Part shown: positions 1 through 13,150 of the stretch, in pieces
Layout: every line of letters starts with the position of its first letter
Position numbering within the stretch: the stretch's first letter is position 1
Assembly: GCF_000143415.4 (NCBI RefSeq)
Contig: NW_003314288.1
Span: 1,736,056-1,800,055, forward strand
Source: Selaginella moellendorffii
Lineage: Eukaryota; Plantae; Lycopodiophyta
Length of the DNA: 64,000 nucleotides
Reading direction: 5' to 3'
Translations under genes and position numbers: made by a program
Notes under the pieces: model-generated
Databases searched by the model: none
Seen by the model: only the letters and a program-made list of their open reading frames with translations
Told to the model about the DNA's origin: nothing

Positions 1-54
1 ATCCAGCAGCGTGTTGGTGGAATCAAGGCCTTATTAAATTCGCATCCCCGGGTC

Positions 55-3917
<3,863 letters not shown>

Positions 3918-4935
3918 GAACTCCACCTTTTTTTCCGGCTTAAGTTCTTTCTTCTCAAATCTTCGGTTCTAACAGTTCGAGCAAAAACAGCACAGCACCA
4001 AACAGGTTCTTTCTCGCTCCTTTATAAATGTATCTTTCACAGAACTTTGGTTTCCCGAGAAGCCGAGTTACTGCCACTGCCGCGTTCTAACAGATCGGAT
4101 TCAAAGTAAAGATGCAGAAGGCGACAAGTTTTACTTTGGAAGATCTGGCCGAGCGGAGACAAGCGGGTGCCTCCATATAAGTTTACTGCTCGTCACGTGA
4201 AAGAAGAAGCAGCACAGTTGCTTTCGGGAAAAAGTTTGGCGCAGCAGCGCACACTGTTCTTCTGAAAAGATATCTTCGCAGATTTGGAAGCACTGGGAGG
4301 GACGCGAGCCACGGAGTCCTGTTTCTCGGTCCGTGGAGCAGCAGGCACTCTTGTACCTGGTGAAAAGAAAGAGTTGAGATGTATTCTAGGAGAAAAAGAA
4401 AAAAAGCCTTGTTTCTCGTGAAATCTGGAAGCTTGAGAAGCGAAATGCTGGCCAGCCAAGACCCAAAGAATAAGAAAAGCTTGAAGATATCACAGTGTAA
4501 ACGTAAAGAAAAGCTTCAAGATATCAGTGTGATCAATCAAAAACTTATACCTGGTCTTGCACAGAGAGAGACGTGAAGCTCTGCAGGGCGTTTGTTTATA
4601 AATGTTCGCTAGTGACAAGTGATTCCTGTTCCATGAAATGGATGGGCATCCTGGCACTATCCACCAAAAGAGGAGAGCACAAAAACAAAGCCATAAACTA
4701 AGAGCTAGTGGGAAAAAAGAAGAAGACACTCACTCTCATGTCGTAGTCCTTGCAGCTTTGAGTTGTGCTACCGCTGAGCTTGCTAATCCACAGGCTGGGA
4801 TTTGGAATCCACCTTTCCCTCATCATACTGTCCAGATTTTGGGAGAATGTAGCCAATTATGAAGCTCCGGGAACTCGGAGGAGGAGGAGGAACAGCACCA
4901 CCACCAAGAACAAGAAGATCAAGACGAAGACGAAG

Positions 4936-6685
4936 ATGGTCACAATGATTTTGCTCTGGAAGCTGCTTTTGCTGCTGCTGCTGCTCGGAGGATCCCAGGT
5001 AGCCTCGTCCACCAGCGTCCTGGAGGAGATCGAGCAGCATTTGAAGCGGATAAACAGGCCACCCGTGAAGACGATCGAGGTAGAACTTTCACATACTTTC
5101 GGAGCTTTTCTTGGGTTGGTTCCTCTCAAACTTTGCTTTTGTAATGTGTAGTCTCCCGACGGGGATATCATCGACTGTATACTCATCCAGCATCAACCCG
5201 CTTTCGATCATCCCGGACTCCGAGGATCCACAGCCAAGGCATGCCTTCTCTTATCCTTCACTCTTACCGAGATGAAAACGTTTGATGGTTTATCACTCTC
5301 CAGGTAGCTCCAGAGTCGAGACCAGTGAGCCACCAACACCGGCTGCAATCCTTGGAGCAGCGAAGCTTCCAGCTATGGCAGCAGCACGGCAGATGCCCCA
5401 GCGGCACCATCCCGCAGAGAAGAACGACCACCAAAGACATCCTTCGCTTCGGCGGCTCCGCTCGAAAGTATGGCAGAAAATCTCACCGCAGCGCCCACCA
5501 CCGGAAGTTCAACTCGAGCTTCATACCTCCGGGAGCAAACGGCGTATCCATGAGTCACGAGGTAACCTGGATCATCGTCTCTTCTCTTCTCTTCTCGTTA
5601 AATCTTAGTGTAGCTCTTAAATCTTCTATAGCTGCCTGCCTCCTTGCAACCTTCGTTCTCTCTAGCTTCTTCTCAGATCCATCTCTTCTTCAAACTCTTT
5701 CTCAAAGCTGGATATCTTTGTCTTGCAGCATGCCATAGCTTACGTCCAAGGCGGTGAGTACTACGGAGCACGAGCAAGCATCAACGTCTGGAACCCGGCC
5801 GTGGAAGGAAACTCCGAGTTTAGCCTCTCACAAGTGTGGATCCTCAGCGGATCCATTGGCAACAGCATCGAGGCCGGATGGCAAGTAAGATATTTGTTTT
5901 TGGTGCTGCTTAAACATGACTTCCCGGAACTCTTCGTGATGTAATTGACGCTCACAGGTGTTTCCAGGCATGTATGGCGACCAATATCCCCGGCTCTTCA
6001 TCTACTGGACGGTAAGCTCTCCGAGGAACTTCCCACCTTGACAAGCTCAAACTGCCATTTTCAAACAGAGTGATTCGTACCAAGCCACTGGCTGCTACAA
6101 CCTTCTCTGCTCGGGCTTCGTCCAGACCAGCACCGAGATCCTGATCGGTGGTGCCATTGCTCCCTCGTCTTCCTCGGATGGCACGCAGTACGATATCAGC
6201 ATTCTCATCTGGAAGGTAACTCTTTGAAACTGTCCATCCAAGAGCTTGAGCTGTTCTTCCAAAGTTTGAGCCTTGGTGATCCTTTGCTCGCTCTAACTTT
6301 TCCTGTCCAGGATCCTCAAGAAGGTAACTGGTGGCTGGAATACGGTGACCGGATCGTTGGCTACTGGCCAGCATTCCTGTTCACGGAGCTCGCTTCGTCC
6401 GCCAGCGTCGTCGAGTGGGGCGGCGAAGTCGTCAACACTCGTCCGCAAGGCAAGCACACCTCCACGAAGATGGGAAGTGGCATGTATGCCGACGCCGGGT
6501 TTTCTCGAGCGAGCTACTTTCGAGACCTGCGAGTTGTCAACGAGCGCAACTCGCTGCAGCTCCCCAGCAACCTCCAGACTTACGCGGCGCATCCAAACTG
6601 CTATAATATCATCCAGGGGATCGACAAGATGTGGGGGAGCTTCTTCTACTATGGAGGTCCCGGAAACAGTCCAAACTGTCCCTGA
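4936..6685 (+). CDS. Neprosin-domain (DUF239) protein with activation peptide; spliced
   Basis: Signal peptide, SPDGDIIDC..QPAFDHP, CPSGTIP, YYGARASINVWNP, EFSLSQVW, SIEAGWQV, GCYNLLCSGFVQT, VEWGGEV, FFYYGGPG; stop at 6683-6685. Confidence 0.9.
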
Positions 6686-6857
6686 TTATGTTGTGAAGCA
6701 AAAGTGAGGATAGAGAAACACAAAGAAACGAAGCGTACCTTTGAGCTTATCCTCGAGGAGTTTTCTTAGCTTTCTCTCTGCGCAAAAGAGTTCCTCAGTA
6801 GCTTAATGCTTAGCAAACTCTAGCCAGAGAAAAAAAAACAACTTACCTTGAGTTGTC

Positions 6858-8795
6858 TCATGTTTGCTTCTCCTCCGCAAAGATGTTTGCCAAGAGCATG
6901 TAAGGCCCGACACTCCCTGGATCAACCCCAAACGCATTCTCCGCAGCCAAGGCACCAAGTTTGTCCTCCCCGTGAGTTCTACAAGACCCGGCCAAGGAAG
7001 TCCAGGCCACAACGTCCGGCAAAAACGGCATCGTTTCCAGCAAGCTCTCGGTCTCCATCAATCGTCCGGCTCTTCCCAACATGTCAAGAAAGCAGTGATA
7101 GTGATCAACCTCGGGTGCCACCCCAAAGTCCCCTTGCATCGACACAAAGTTCTCGCGAGCTCGCTCCAGGAGTCCGGAATGGCAGCACGAAGTGAGAACC
7201 GCAGTGAAACTTATCCCATCTGGTCTCACTCCACAGAGTACCATCTTCCAAAACCAGTCAAGAACAACGCTGTAGTGATCCTTGTCCACGGCAAAAGCCG
7301 ACAGCATGATGTTCCACGAGAACACATCCGGCTCCGGGATCTTTCCAAAAATCTCCCTTGCTTGAGCCAGCCTCCCGTTGTTCACGTAAGCAGCAAGGAT
7401 TCCATTCCACACCACCAGATTTTTGTGCTGGATCGTGTCGAAGATCTCTCTCGCCTTGTCCAAGTCCCCGGCATGAGCGTGTGCTGCGACCACCGCGTTC
7501 AAGGCCACAACACTTTGCTCGGGCATTTTGTTTAAGACGCTCTCGGACTTTTCCACCAGGCCATTGCTCGAGTAAACTCCAAGCATCGCATTCCAGGCCA
7601 CCATATCTCTCACCGGCATGGAATCAAACATGGCCTTGGATCTCTCAACCTCTCCTGCTTGAGCAAGCGCAGTGATAATCGTGGTCGATGATAGAGCGTC
7701 GTGGAGAGGCATTAGATCGAAAGCTTTCTCCATATCATCTTGGAGCTGGCCAGCAGCCAACCCGGACAGCAGCGAGTTCCAAGATATCGCATCACGCTCG
7801 GGCATCTCATCGAAAGTCCTCTTTGCTTCGAGAGAGTGCCCGTTCTGCGCATATCCCTGGAGAATCGCGTTCCAGGACACCACGCCTCTCTCCTCCAGCA
7901 TTTGGAACAAGCTCGCGGCCTCCTCCAGGCGTCCGTTCTGGGCCAGCGCGCTCAGCATCGCATTGCAGCACTGGGAATCCACGCTGGGGATCTTCGCGAA
8001 GATGGCGCTGGCCTCCTCCACGAGCCCTCTGGCGGCGTACGCCTGGATCATCGCCGTGCAGTGGACCACGTTGCGCGATGGAATGGAGTCGAAGAGCGCC
8101 CTCGCCTCGCGCACCATTCCCCTGCGCGCAAACGCCTGGATCGCCGCGCCCATGGTCACGGAGCTGGATTGCGGGATCTTGCCCAGCATCTCCATCGCCT
8201 GGTGGGCGCTTCCAAATTCCGCGATCGCGGCGAGAGCCACCGTCCAGGAGACCACATTCCTCCCAGGAGGCATTGCTGCAAAGAGTTCCAGCGCCTCCTC
8301 AAGATGCCCTTTTCTGGCATTTGCTGCAATGATGCAAGTCCACACAAGAGCATCCCACTGCGGCATCCGATCGAACAGCGCTTTTGCCTCCCCGGCCTGG
8401 CCAAGATCCGCGTAGCCTTTGAGGAGATTCGTCCACGAGTAAACGTCCGATCGGCCGATCCCATCGAAGAGCTGCTTAGCCTCGCAGAGATGCCCGTTGC
8501 GGGCATATGCGTGCATCATCATGTTGTGCGAGAAGGCGTCGGGGCGGGCGATGCCATCGAAGACGCGCCGCGCGTCGCCAGCGCTCCCGCACCGCCCATA
8601 CATCTCCACCACCAGATTCCACAGGAAAGTAGCGGTGCTTCTGCGGCTGCCGCCATCACCGCTAGCAAGGAGATTGCCTGTGGCGTCGTGGAGGCGGTGA
8701 GCGTGCCGGAGATCCAAGCACGACCGCAGCAGCTGGGCGAGGGAGGAGACATCGATCCGTGGATGCTCCTCTCGCAGGAAATGCTTAAGCAGCAT
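6858..8795 (-). CDS. PLS-class PPR protein with E-like C-terminus and no DYW domain (PPR-A); intronless
   Basis: Repeated V.SWN.M...YA..G....A...F..MP motifs; HYHCFLDMLGRAG, MPFLPDVVAWTSL; first ATG at 8795 (the ORF track starts at a TTG). Confidence 0.92.
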   Translation of the reverse strand: MLLKHFLREEHPRIDVSSLAQLLRSCLDLRHAHRLHDATGNLLASGDGGSRRSTATFLWNLVVEMYGRCGSAGDARRVFDGIARPDAFSHNMMMHAYARNGHLCEAKQLFDGIGRSDVYSWTNLLKGYADLGQAGEAKALFDRMPQWDALVWTCIIAANARKGHLEEALELFAAMPPGRNVVSWTVALAAIAEFGSAHQAMEMLGKIPQSSSVTMGAAIQAFARRGMVREARALFDSIPSRNVVHCTAMIQAYAARGLVEEASAIFAKIPSVDSQCCNAMLSALAQNGRLEEAASLFQMLEERGVVSWNAILQGYAQNGHSLEAKRTFDEMPERDAISWNSLLSGLAAGQLQDDMEKAFDLMPLHDALSSTTIITALAQAGEVERSKAMFDSMPVRDMVAWNAMLGVYSSNGLVEKSESVLNKMPEQSVVALNAVVAAHAHAGDLDKAREIFDTIQHKNLVVWNGILAAYVNNGRLAQAREIFGKIPEPDVFSWNIMLSAFAVDKDHYSVVLDWFWKMVLCGVRPDGISFTAVLTSCCHSGLLERARENFVSMQGDFGVAPEVDHYHCFLDMLGRAGRLMETESLLETMPFLPDVVAWTSLAGSCRTHGEDKLGALAAENAFGVDPGSVGPYMLLANIFAEEKQT

Positions 8796-8814
8796 GTAAG
8801 CATTATGTGGCGCC

Positions 8815-9061
8815 AAATTTCAAATTTATGCGAATCTCCGTTCTAGGGCTCTTGAGGGCGGCCGACAGTGCTCGATTGGATGGGCCGATCAGCATGTTCG
8901 ACGTGGATCGTGGACTACTAGGGCGGGTGCGTAATCCAGGCTAGCCAAAGGTATGCGATCTACCTGGATTTCGTCGTGGTCTGCGACGGCAGCCAAGTTT
9001 CCAGCCTCTGCGCATCGCGCTTGCACGCCGAGCTCTTGCAAGCTAGATCCGGAGGACTATG
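8815..9061 (+). pseudogene. Decayed 5' end of PPR-B followed by the 5' part of a PP2C copy
   Basis: 8815-8882 resembles 9690-9763; 8920-9060 matches 11625-11808, including the near-identical ctctgcgcatcgcgcttgcacgccgagctcttgcaagct. Confidence 0.85.
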
Positions 9062-9527
9062 GATCATCCACCTAATTGGGCATTCGAAACTATTGTTTTT
9101 AGTATATCTTTCGTTCCTTTGTGAAAGAACACATGCACATGAGAGAAGTAGTAACAATAGTCGAGGACGTTGTTCTTGAGCCAGGCGGTGGTGGCGCGAG
9201 GCGGCGATGCTGTGGATGGCGTTGTTTGGGTGATTTAGTCTATACATGTTACATATTTTAAATCTTGTCATGCCGAAACTTTCCTGATTTCTGCCCCGTG
9301 CTTGCCAAGTTTTGTTGGAGTGTTTCCTCAGGGTTGAAAAACGCTCCAGATGGTTCCAGAGCATTTGAAAGCTCCGAAAAACACTTTGTCCAAAATCAAA
9401 AACTATTGTTTATCGTTAGCGTGCCAACACAAAATTGTTTAAAAAGTCTGATGAATTTCTATATTATGACAAAGAATATTTTTGGATTTATGAAAATTAT
9501 CCCTCAACAGTGCCAACCTTGTTGGCT

Positions 9528-9645
9528 TGGGCGTACACATCCGGCAGCACAGCATTGGGCGACGGCATGGAATCTAAGAGTGCCCTAGCATCCCCCTGCG
9601 AGCAACACAGCAGAGACCGTCTTGGCGGAAATGCTTGAGGAGCAT
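9528..9645 (-). pseudogene. Remnant of PPR-A
   Basis: gacggcatggaatctaagagtgccct resembles 8077-8102, and ggaaatgcttgaggagcat resembles 8777-8795. Confidence 0.7.
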
Positions 9646-9700
9646 AAGCCAAACATACTTCTTAGCTTTGGAGCGTCAATGTGGCGCCAAATTCAAATTT

Positions 9701-11473
9701 ATGCGAAGCTCTGTTCTAGGGCTCTTGAGCGCCGAGGAAAGAGCTCACAGTGCTCGACTGGAGGAGATATCATGCGCCCAGCTGCTCCGATCATGCGCCA
9801 AATCCAAAGATTTGCAGCTTGGCAGAGAGATCCACACCCGCATCTGCAACAGCGATCGCGGGCGCAGCCGCTACCTTGCCAATCTCCTCATCACCATGTA
9901 TGCCGAGTGCGGCAGCGTCGGCGAAGCCTATCGCGTCTTCCAAGCCATCGAAACCCCCAACATCTTCTCCTGGAATTACATCCTTAATGCATTTGCCCAG
10001 AATGGGTATCTGGCAGAGGCTAGAAGAGTCTTCTCCCTCGCTACTGAGAAAGATGTTTTCACCTGGACGACCATGGTCAGCGCGTTTGCACTTTCAGGAC
10101 ACTTGAAAGATGCTCGCAAGTGTTTTGAGAATATGCCCGTACGAAACGCTGTGTCTTGGACAGTGCTTCTTACAGCAAATGCCCAAGGGAGGCATCCTTT
10201 TGCGGCAAAAGTAATCTTTGATGCAATGCCTCACTGGGATGCTGTCTCGTGGACTGCGATGATGGCCGCATACAATCAGGCAGGAATGGTTGAAGAATCT
10301 AAAACAGTGTTTGAGGCGATGGCAGAGCGCGACGAAATCGCTTGGATTTCTATGATTGGTGCATATGCCCAGAGCGGGGAATTGAATCAATCTAAGGAGC
10401 TGTTTGATCGAATGCCTGCACACAATGCCGTAGCGTGGAACGCAATTACGTTCTCTTACACAAACGTCGGCGATCTTGCGACAGCCATCTCGATCTTTCA
10501 GTCGATGCCGGAGAGGGATTCGATAACTTGGGCAGCTATGGTAGCGGCATTTGCCCAAGAAGGGGAAATGGACATTGCTCGGGAGTTTTGGAGACGATGC
10601 TCTCAGTGGGATTCTGTGTCGTGGAACGCAATGATCGCCGGATCTGCGCAGTCGGGGGATCTCTTCGCAGCAAGAACAATCTTTGCAAGAATGGTTGGCC
10701 GCACGCTCATTTCCTGGAATGTTTTGATCGGAGCTTGCGTGACTGCGGGACATCTGGCAGCTGCAGTGGAAGCGTTTAATCGGATGCCATCGCGAGATGC
10801 TGTGGCATGGAACGCGATCATCACCGGGCATGCCCAGGAGCGAGATCTGGCCGCGGCGAGAGAGATCTTTGATCGATCGCCCGAGCAGGACGTGGTCTCG
10901 TGGAACACGATGATCACGGGCTACGCGCAGGCGGGGCGATTGCGCGACGCAGACCAGCTCTTCCGCGCCATGCCTGCGCGCGAGGTGAGCTCCTGGAACG
11001 CAATGATTGCAGCGCTCGCCCAGCGCGGGCAGCTCGAGGAATCGATGCTGCTCTTCCACGCCATGGTCCTGGATGGATTCAAGGCCGACGACGTGAGCTT
11101 CGCGAGCGTGCTGGGGGCGTGCGGCCACTCGGGGCTGCTGGAGAAAGGGTGGAGCTACTTTGAGCTGATGATCCGGGACTGGCGAATGCGCCCGCGGATC
11201 GAGCACTACCACTGCCTGATCGGTGTTCTTGGACGAGCTGGCGAGCTGGAGAGGGCCGAATCGGTCGTCCACTCCATGCCATTCCAGCCGGACCTCCTGT
11301 CCTGGACGGCGCTCCTTGGGGCATGCTCGATCCATGGCGACGTGGATCGAGGGCTGCGAGCTGCGAGATGGGCGGCGATGGAAATGGATCATCGCGAGGA
11401 CAGTCCCATTCACGTACTGCTCTCCAATCTTTTCGCTACAAACTCACTGCCCTTTATAAAAGGTCTTTCATAA
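9701..11473 (+). CDS. PLS-class PPR protein, E-type, no DYW domain (PPR-B); intronless
   Basis: Tandem PPR motifs; HYHCLIGVLGRAG, MPFQPDLLSWTALLGAC; first ATG at 9701. Confidence 0.92.
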   Translation: MRSSVLGLLSAEERAHSARLEEISCAQLLRSCAKSKDLQLGREIHTRICNSDRGRSRYLANLLITMYAECGSVGEAYRVFQAIETPNIFSWNYILNAFAQNGYLAEARRVFSLATEKDVFTWTTMVSAFALSGHLKDARKCFENMPVRNAVSWTVLLTANAQGRHPFAAKVIFDAMPHWDAVSWTAMMAAYNQAGMVEESKTVFEAMAERDEIAWISMIGAYAQSGELNQSKELFDRMPAHNAVAWNAITFSYTNVGDLATAISIFQSMPERDSITWAAMVAAFAQEGEMDIAREFWRRCSQWDSVSWNAMIAGSAQSGDLFAARTIFARMVGRTLISWNVLIGACVTAGHLAAAVEAFNRMPSRDAVAWNAIITGHAQERDLAAAREIFDRSPEQDVVSWNTMITGYAQAGRLRDADQLFRAMPAREVSSWNAMIAALAQRGQLEESMLLFHAMVLDGFKADDVSFASVLGACGHSGLLEKGWSYFELMIRDWRMRPRIEHYHCLIGVLGRAGELERAESVVHSMPFQPDLLSWTALLGACSIHGDVDRGLRAARWAAMEMDHREDSPIHVLLSNLFATNSLPFIKGLS

Positions 11474-11504
11474 AAGTATATGCAAGAGCCCTAATTTTAA
11501 GGAC

Positions 11505-12407
11505 ATGGCGAGCACGGTGATCATGCTTGGCTATGGCGACATGGATGCGAGTGAAACGGCCTGCATGGAGATGCGAGCCAACACCGAAGGACGCACCACG
11601 GATGGAAGCTTGGATGATTTGCGCTGGGGTGCGTGCTCGATCCAGGGCTGGCCAGATTACATGGAAGACAGGTATGCAATCTGCGTGGACAACAAGGATC
11701 TCATCGTGGGGGTCTACGACGGCCACAAGGGCAGCAAAGTTTCCAGTCTCTGCGCATCGCGCTTGCACGCCGAGCTCTTGCAAGCTCGAGCTGGAGGACT
11801 CCCACTATCAGATTCCTTGGTCCAAACCTTCATGGCGATAGACGAAAAAGTTGGACAAGACGAGAGTTTGAAGCACGAGGGAAGCACGGCTTTGGTGGTG
11901 GTCATTACCGACGGGAAGATGGTGGTGGCAAACGCGGGAGATTGCCGGTGTGTGCTTAGCAGGCAAGGACGAGCTCTGGAGCTATCCACGGATCATCACG
12001 GGGATGTGGGTGATGAGAGATCCCGGGTGATGAGAGCTGGGGGTTATGTGCATGGTGACCGTGTCTACCACGGGAGTTTGGAACTGGGAGTGTCCAGGGC
12101 CATTGGGGATTTTGGCTTCAAGACCAACGCTGGCTTGCGACAAGACGAGCAAGTGGTGATTGCGAAGCCTGAGGTAAGGGAGGAGGAGATTGGGGAGAAT
12201 GACGAGTTCCTCGTGGTGGCGAGCGATGGCATTTGGGGTTCAAGGTCCAGTGATGAAGTGGTGAACTTTGTGGCGGACAGGCTGAGGAATGGAGTGGCGA
12301 GTTTGTCTGGTATGTGTAGGGATCTAGCTGAGAGCTGCCTGGTTTCTGATAGCAAGCATTCTTCTTCTAGAGACAACATGACTGTTGTGATTGTTCGATT
12401 CAAGTGA
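11505..12407 (+). CDS. Protein phosphatase 2C (PPM family); intronless
   Basis: MED, VYDGH, GSTA, VANAGDCR, SRAIGD, VASDGIW and DNMT motifs. Confidence 0.93.
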   Translation: MASTVIMLGYGDMDASETACMEMRANTEGRTTDGSLDDLRWGACSIQGWPDYMEDRYAICVDNKDLIVGVYDGHKGSKVSSLCASRLHAELLQARAGGLPLSDSLVQTFMAIDEKVGQDESLKHEGSTALVVVITDGKMVVANAGDCRCVLSRQGRALELSTDHHGDVGDERSRVMRAGGYVHGDRVYHGSLELGVSRAIGDFGFKTNAGLRQDEQVVIAKPEVREEEIGENDEFLVVASDGIWGSRSSDEVVNFVADRLRNGVASLSGMCRDLAESCLVSDSKHSSSRDNMTVVIVRFK

Positions 12408-12429
12408 GTTAATACATGATCCAGAGATC

Positions 12430-12526
12430 GACTTTTCCTTCAAGGTCTCATCACCTGAACATCATAATCGCTGCAACTCTAATCTTGAACTGGGCTACAT
12501 GATATTTTATCCAAAAAGACGCAACG
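12430..12526 (+). pseudogene. Remnant of the 5' region of PPR-D
   Basis: acttttccttcaaggtctc resembles 13140-13158, and atcataatcgctgcaactctaatcttgaactggg resembles 13373-13417. Confidence 0.7.
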
Positions 12527-12786
12527 CATATCATTGCGTTCTGAAGAAGAGATTATCAAGATGAGGAAGAGCTGACACCAGCGTAATGAGATGTCTAATG
12601 CCCACTCGCCTAGAAGCTTTCAACAATTTTGTAAGGCACAGTGCATATCAAATGAGTACCACTTAAAAAAAGACAAAATAATTATATAAACTTAATCACA
12701 AATTGAAGTAAAAATTTAAAACTAACTTTTAAATTTTAAGAAAGTAAGGTTCATATGATTGAATTTTAATAAAGTGCTCCTAATCA

Positions 12787-13140
12787 ACTATGAGATTGCT
12801 TGGTCCAGAAAGATGGTGGTGCTTAGCAGGCAAGGAAGAGCTCTGGAACTACGTGGGTGATGAGAGGTCCCAGGGAATGAGAGCTGGGGGGTATGTGGTT
12901 GGTGACTGGAAGTTGAGTGTTCAGGGCCTTTCGGGATTTTGGCTTCAAGACCGAGGGAGAACGATGAGTTCCTTGGCGAGTGATGCCGGTCGAGTGATGA
13001 AGTGGTGGACTTTCTGGCGGACAAGGAGTTATCTGGTATCTGTATTCTGTAGGGATCTGCCTGAGAGCTGCGTTGTTTCTGATAGCAAGCATTCTTCTTC
13101 TAGAGACAACATGGCTGTTGTTATTGTTTGATTCAAGTGA
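12787..13140 (+). pseudogene. 3' part of a decayed PP2C copy
   Basis: Collinear with 11804-12407 but with many small deletions; shares tctgatagcaagcattcttcttctagagacaacatg and ends in ttcaagtga. Confidence 0.9.
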
Positions 13141-13150
13141 CTTTTCCTTC

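Noticed and set aside
6864-11413. Long antisense or alternate-frame ORFs over PPR genes (e.g. 7740-8846, 10094-11413; likewise 26183-27523)
   Set aside because: Shadow ORFs expected from GC-rich codon usage; no recognisable domains
9060-12786. LTR retrotransposon or TIR element call for the nested insert
   Set aside because: TG..CA ends are possible, but the flanks are neither direct nor inverted repeats and no gag/pol or transposase is visible
13073-13150. Hydrophobic N-terminal extension of PPR-D in the ORF track
   Set aside because: Starts at a TTG and is an off-frame reading of the PP2C pseudogene end; the first in-frame ATG is 13151
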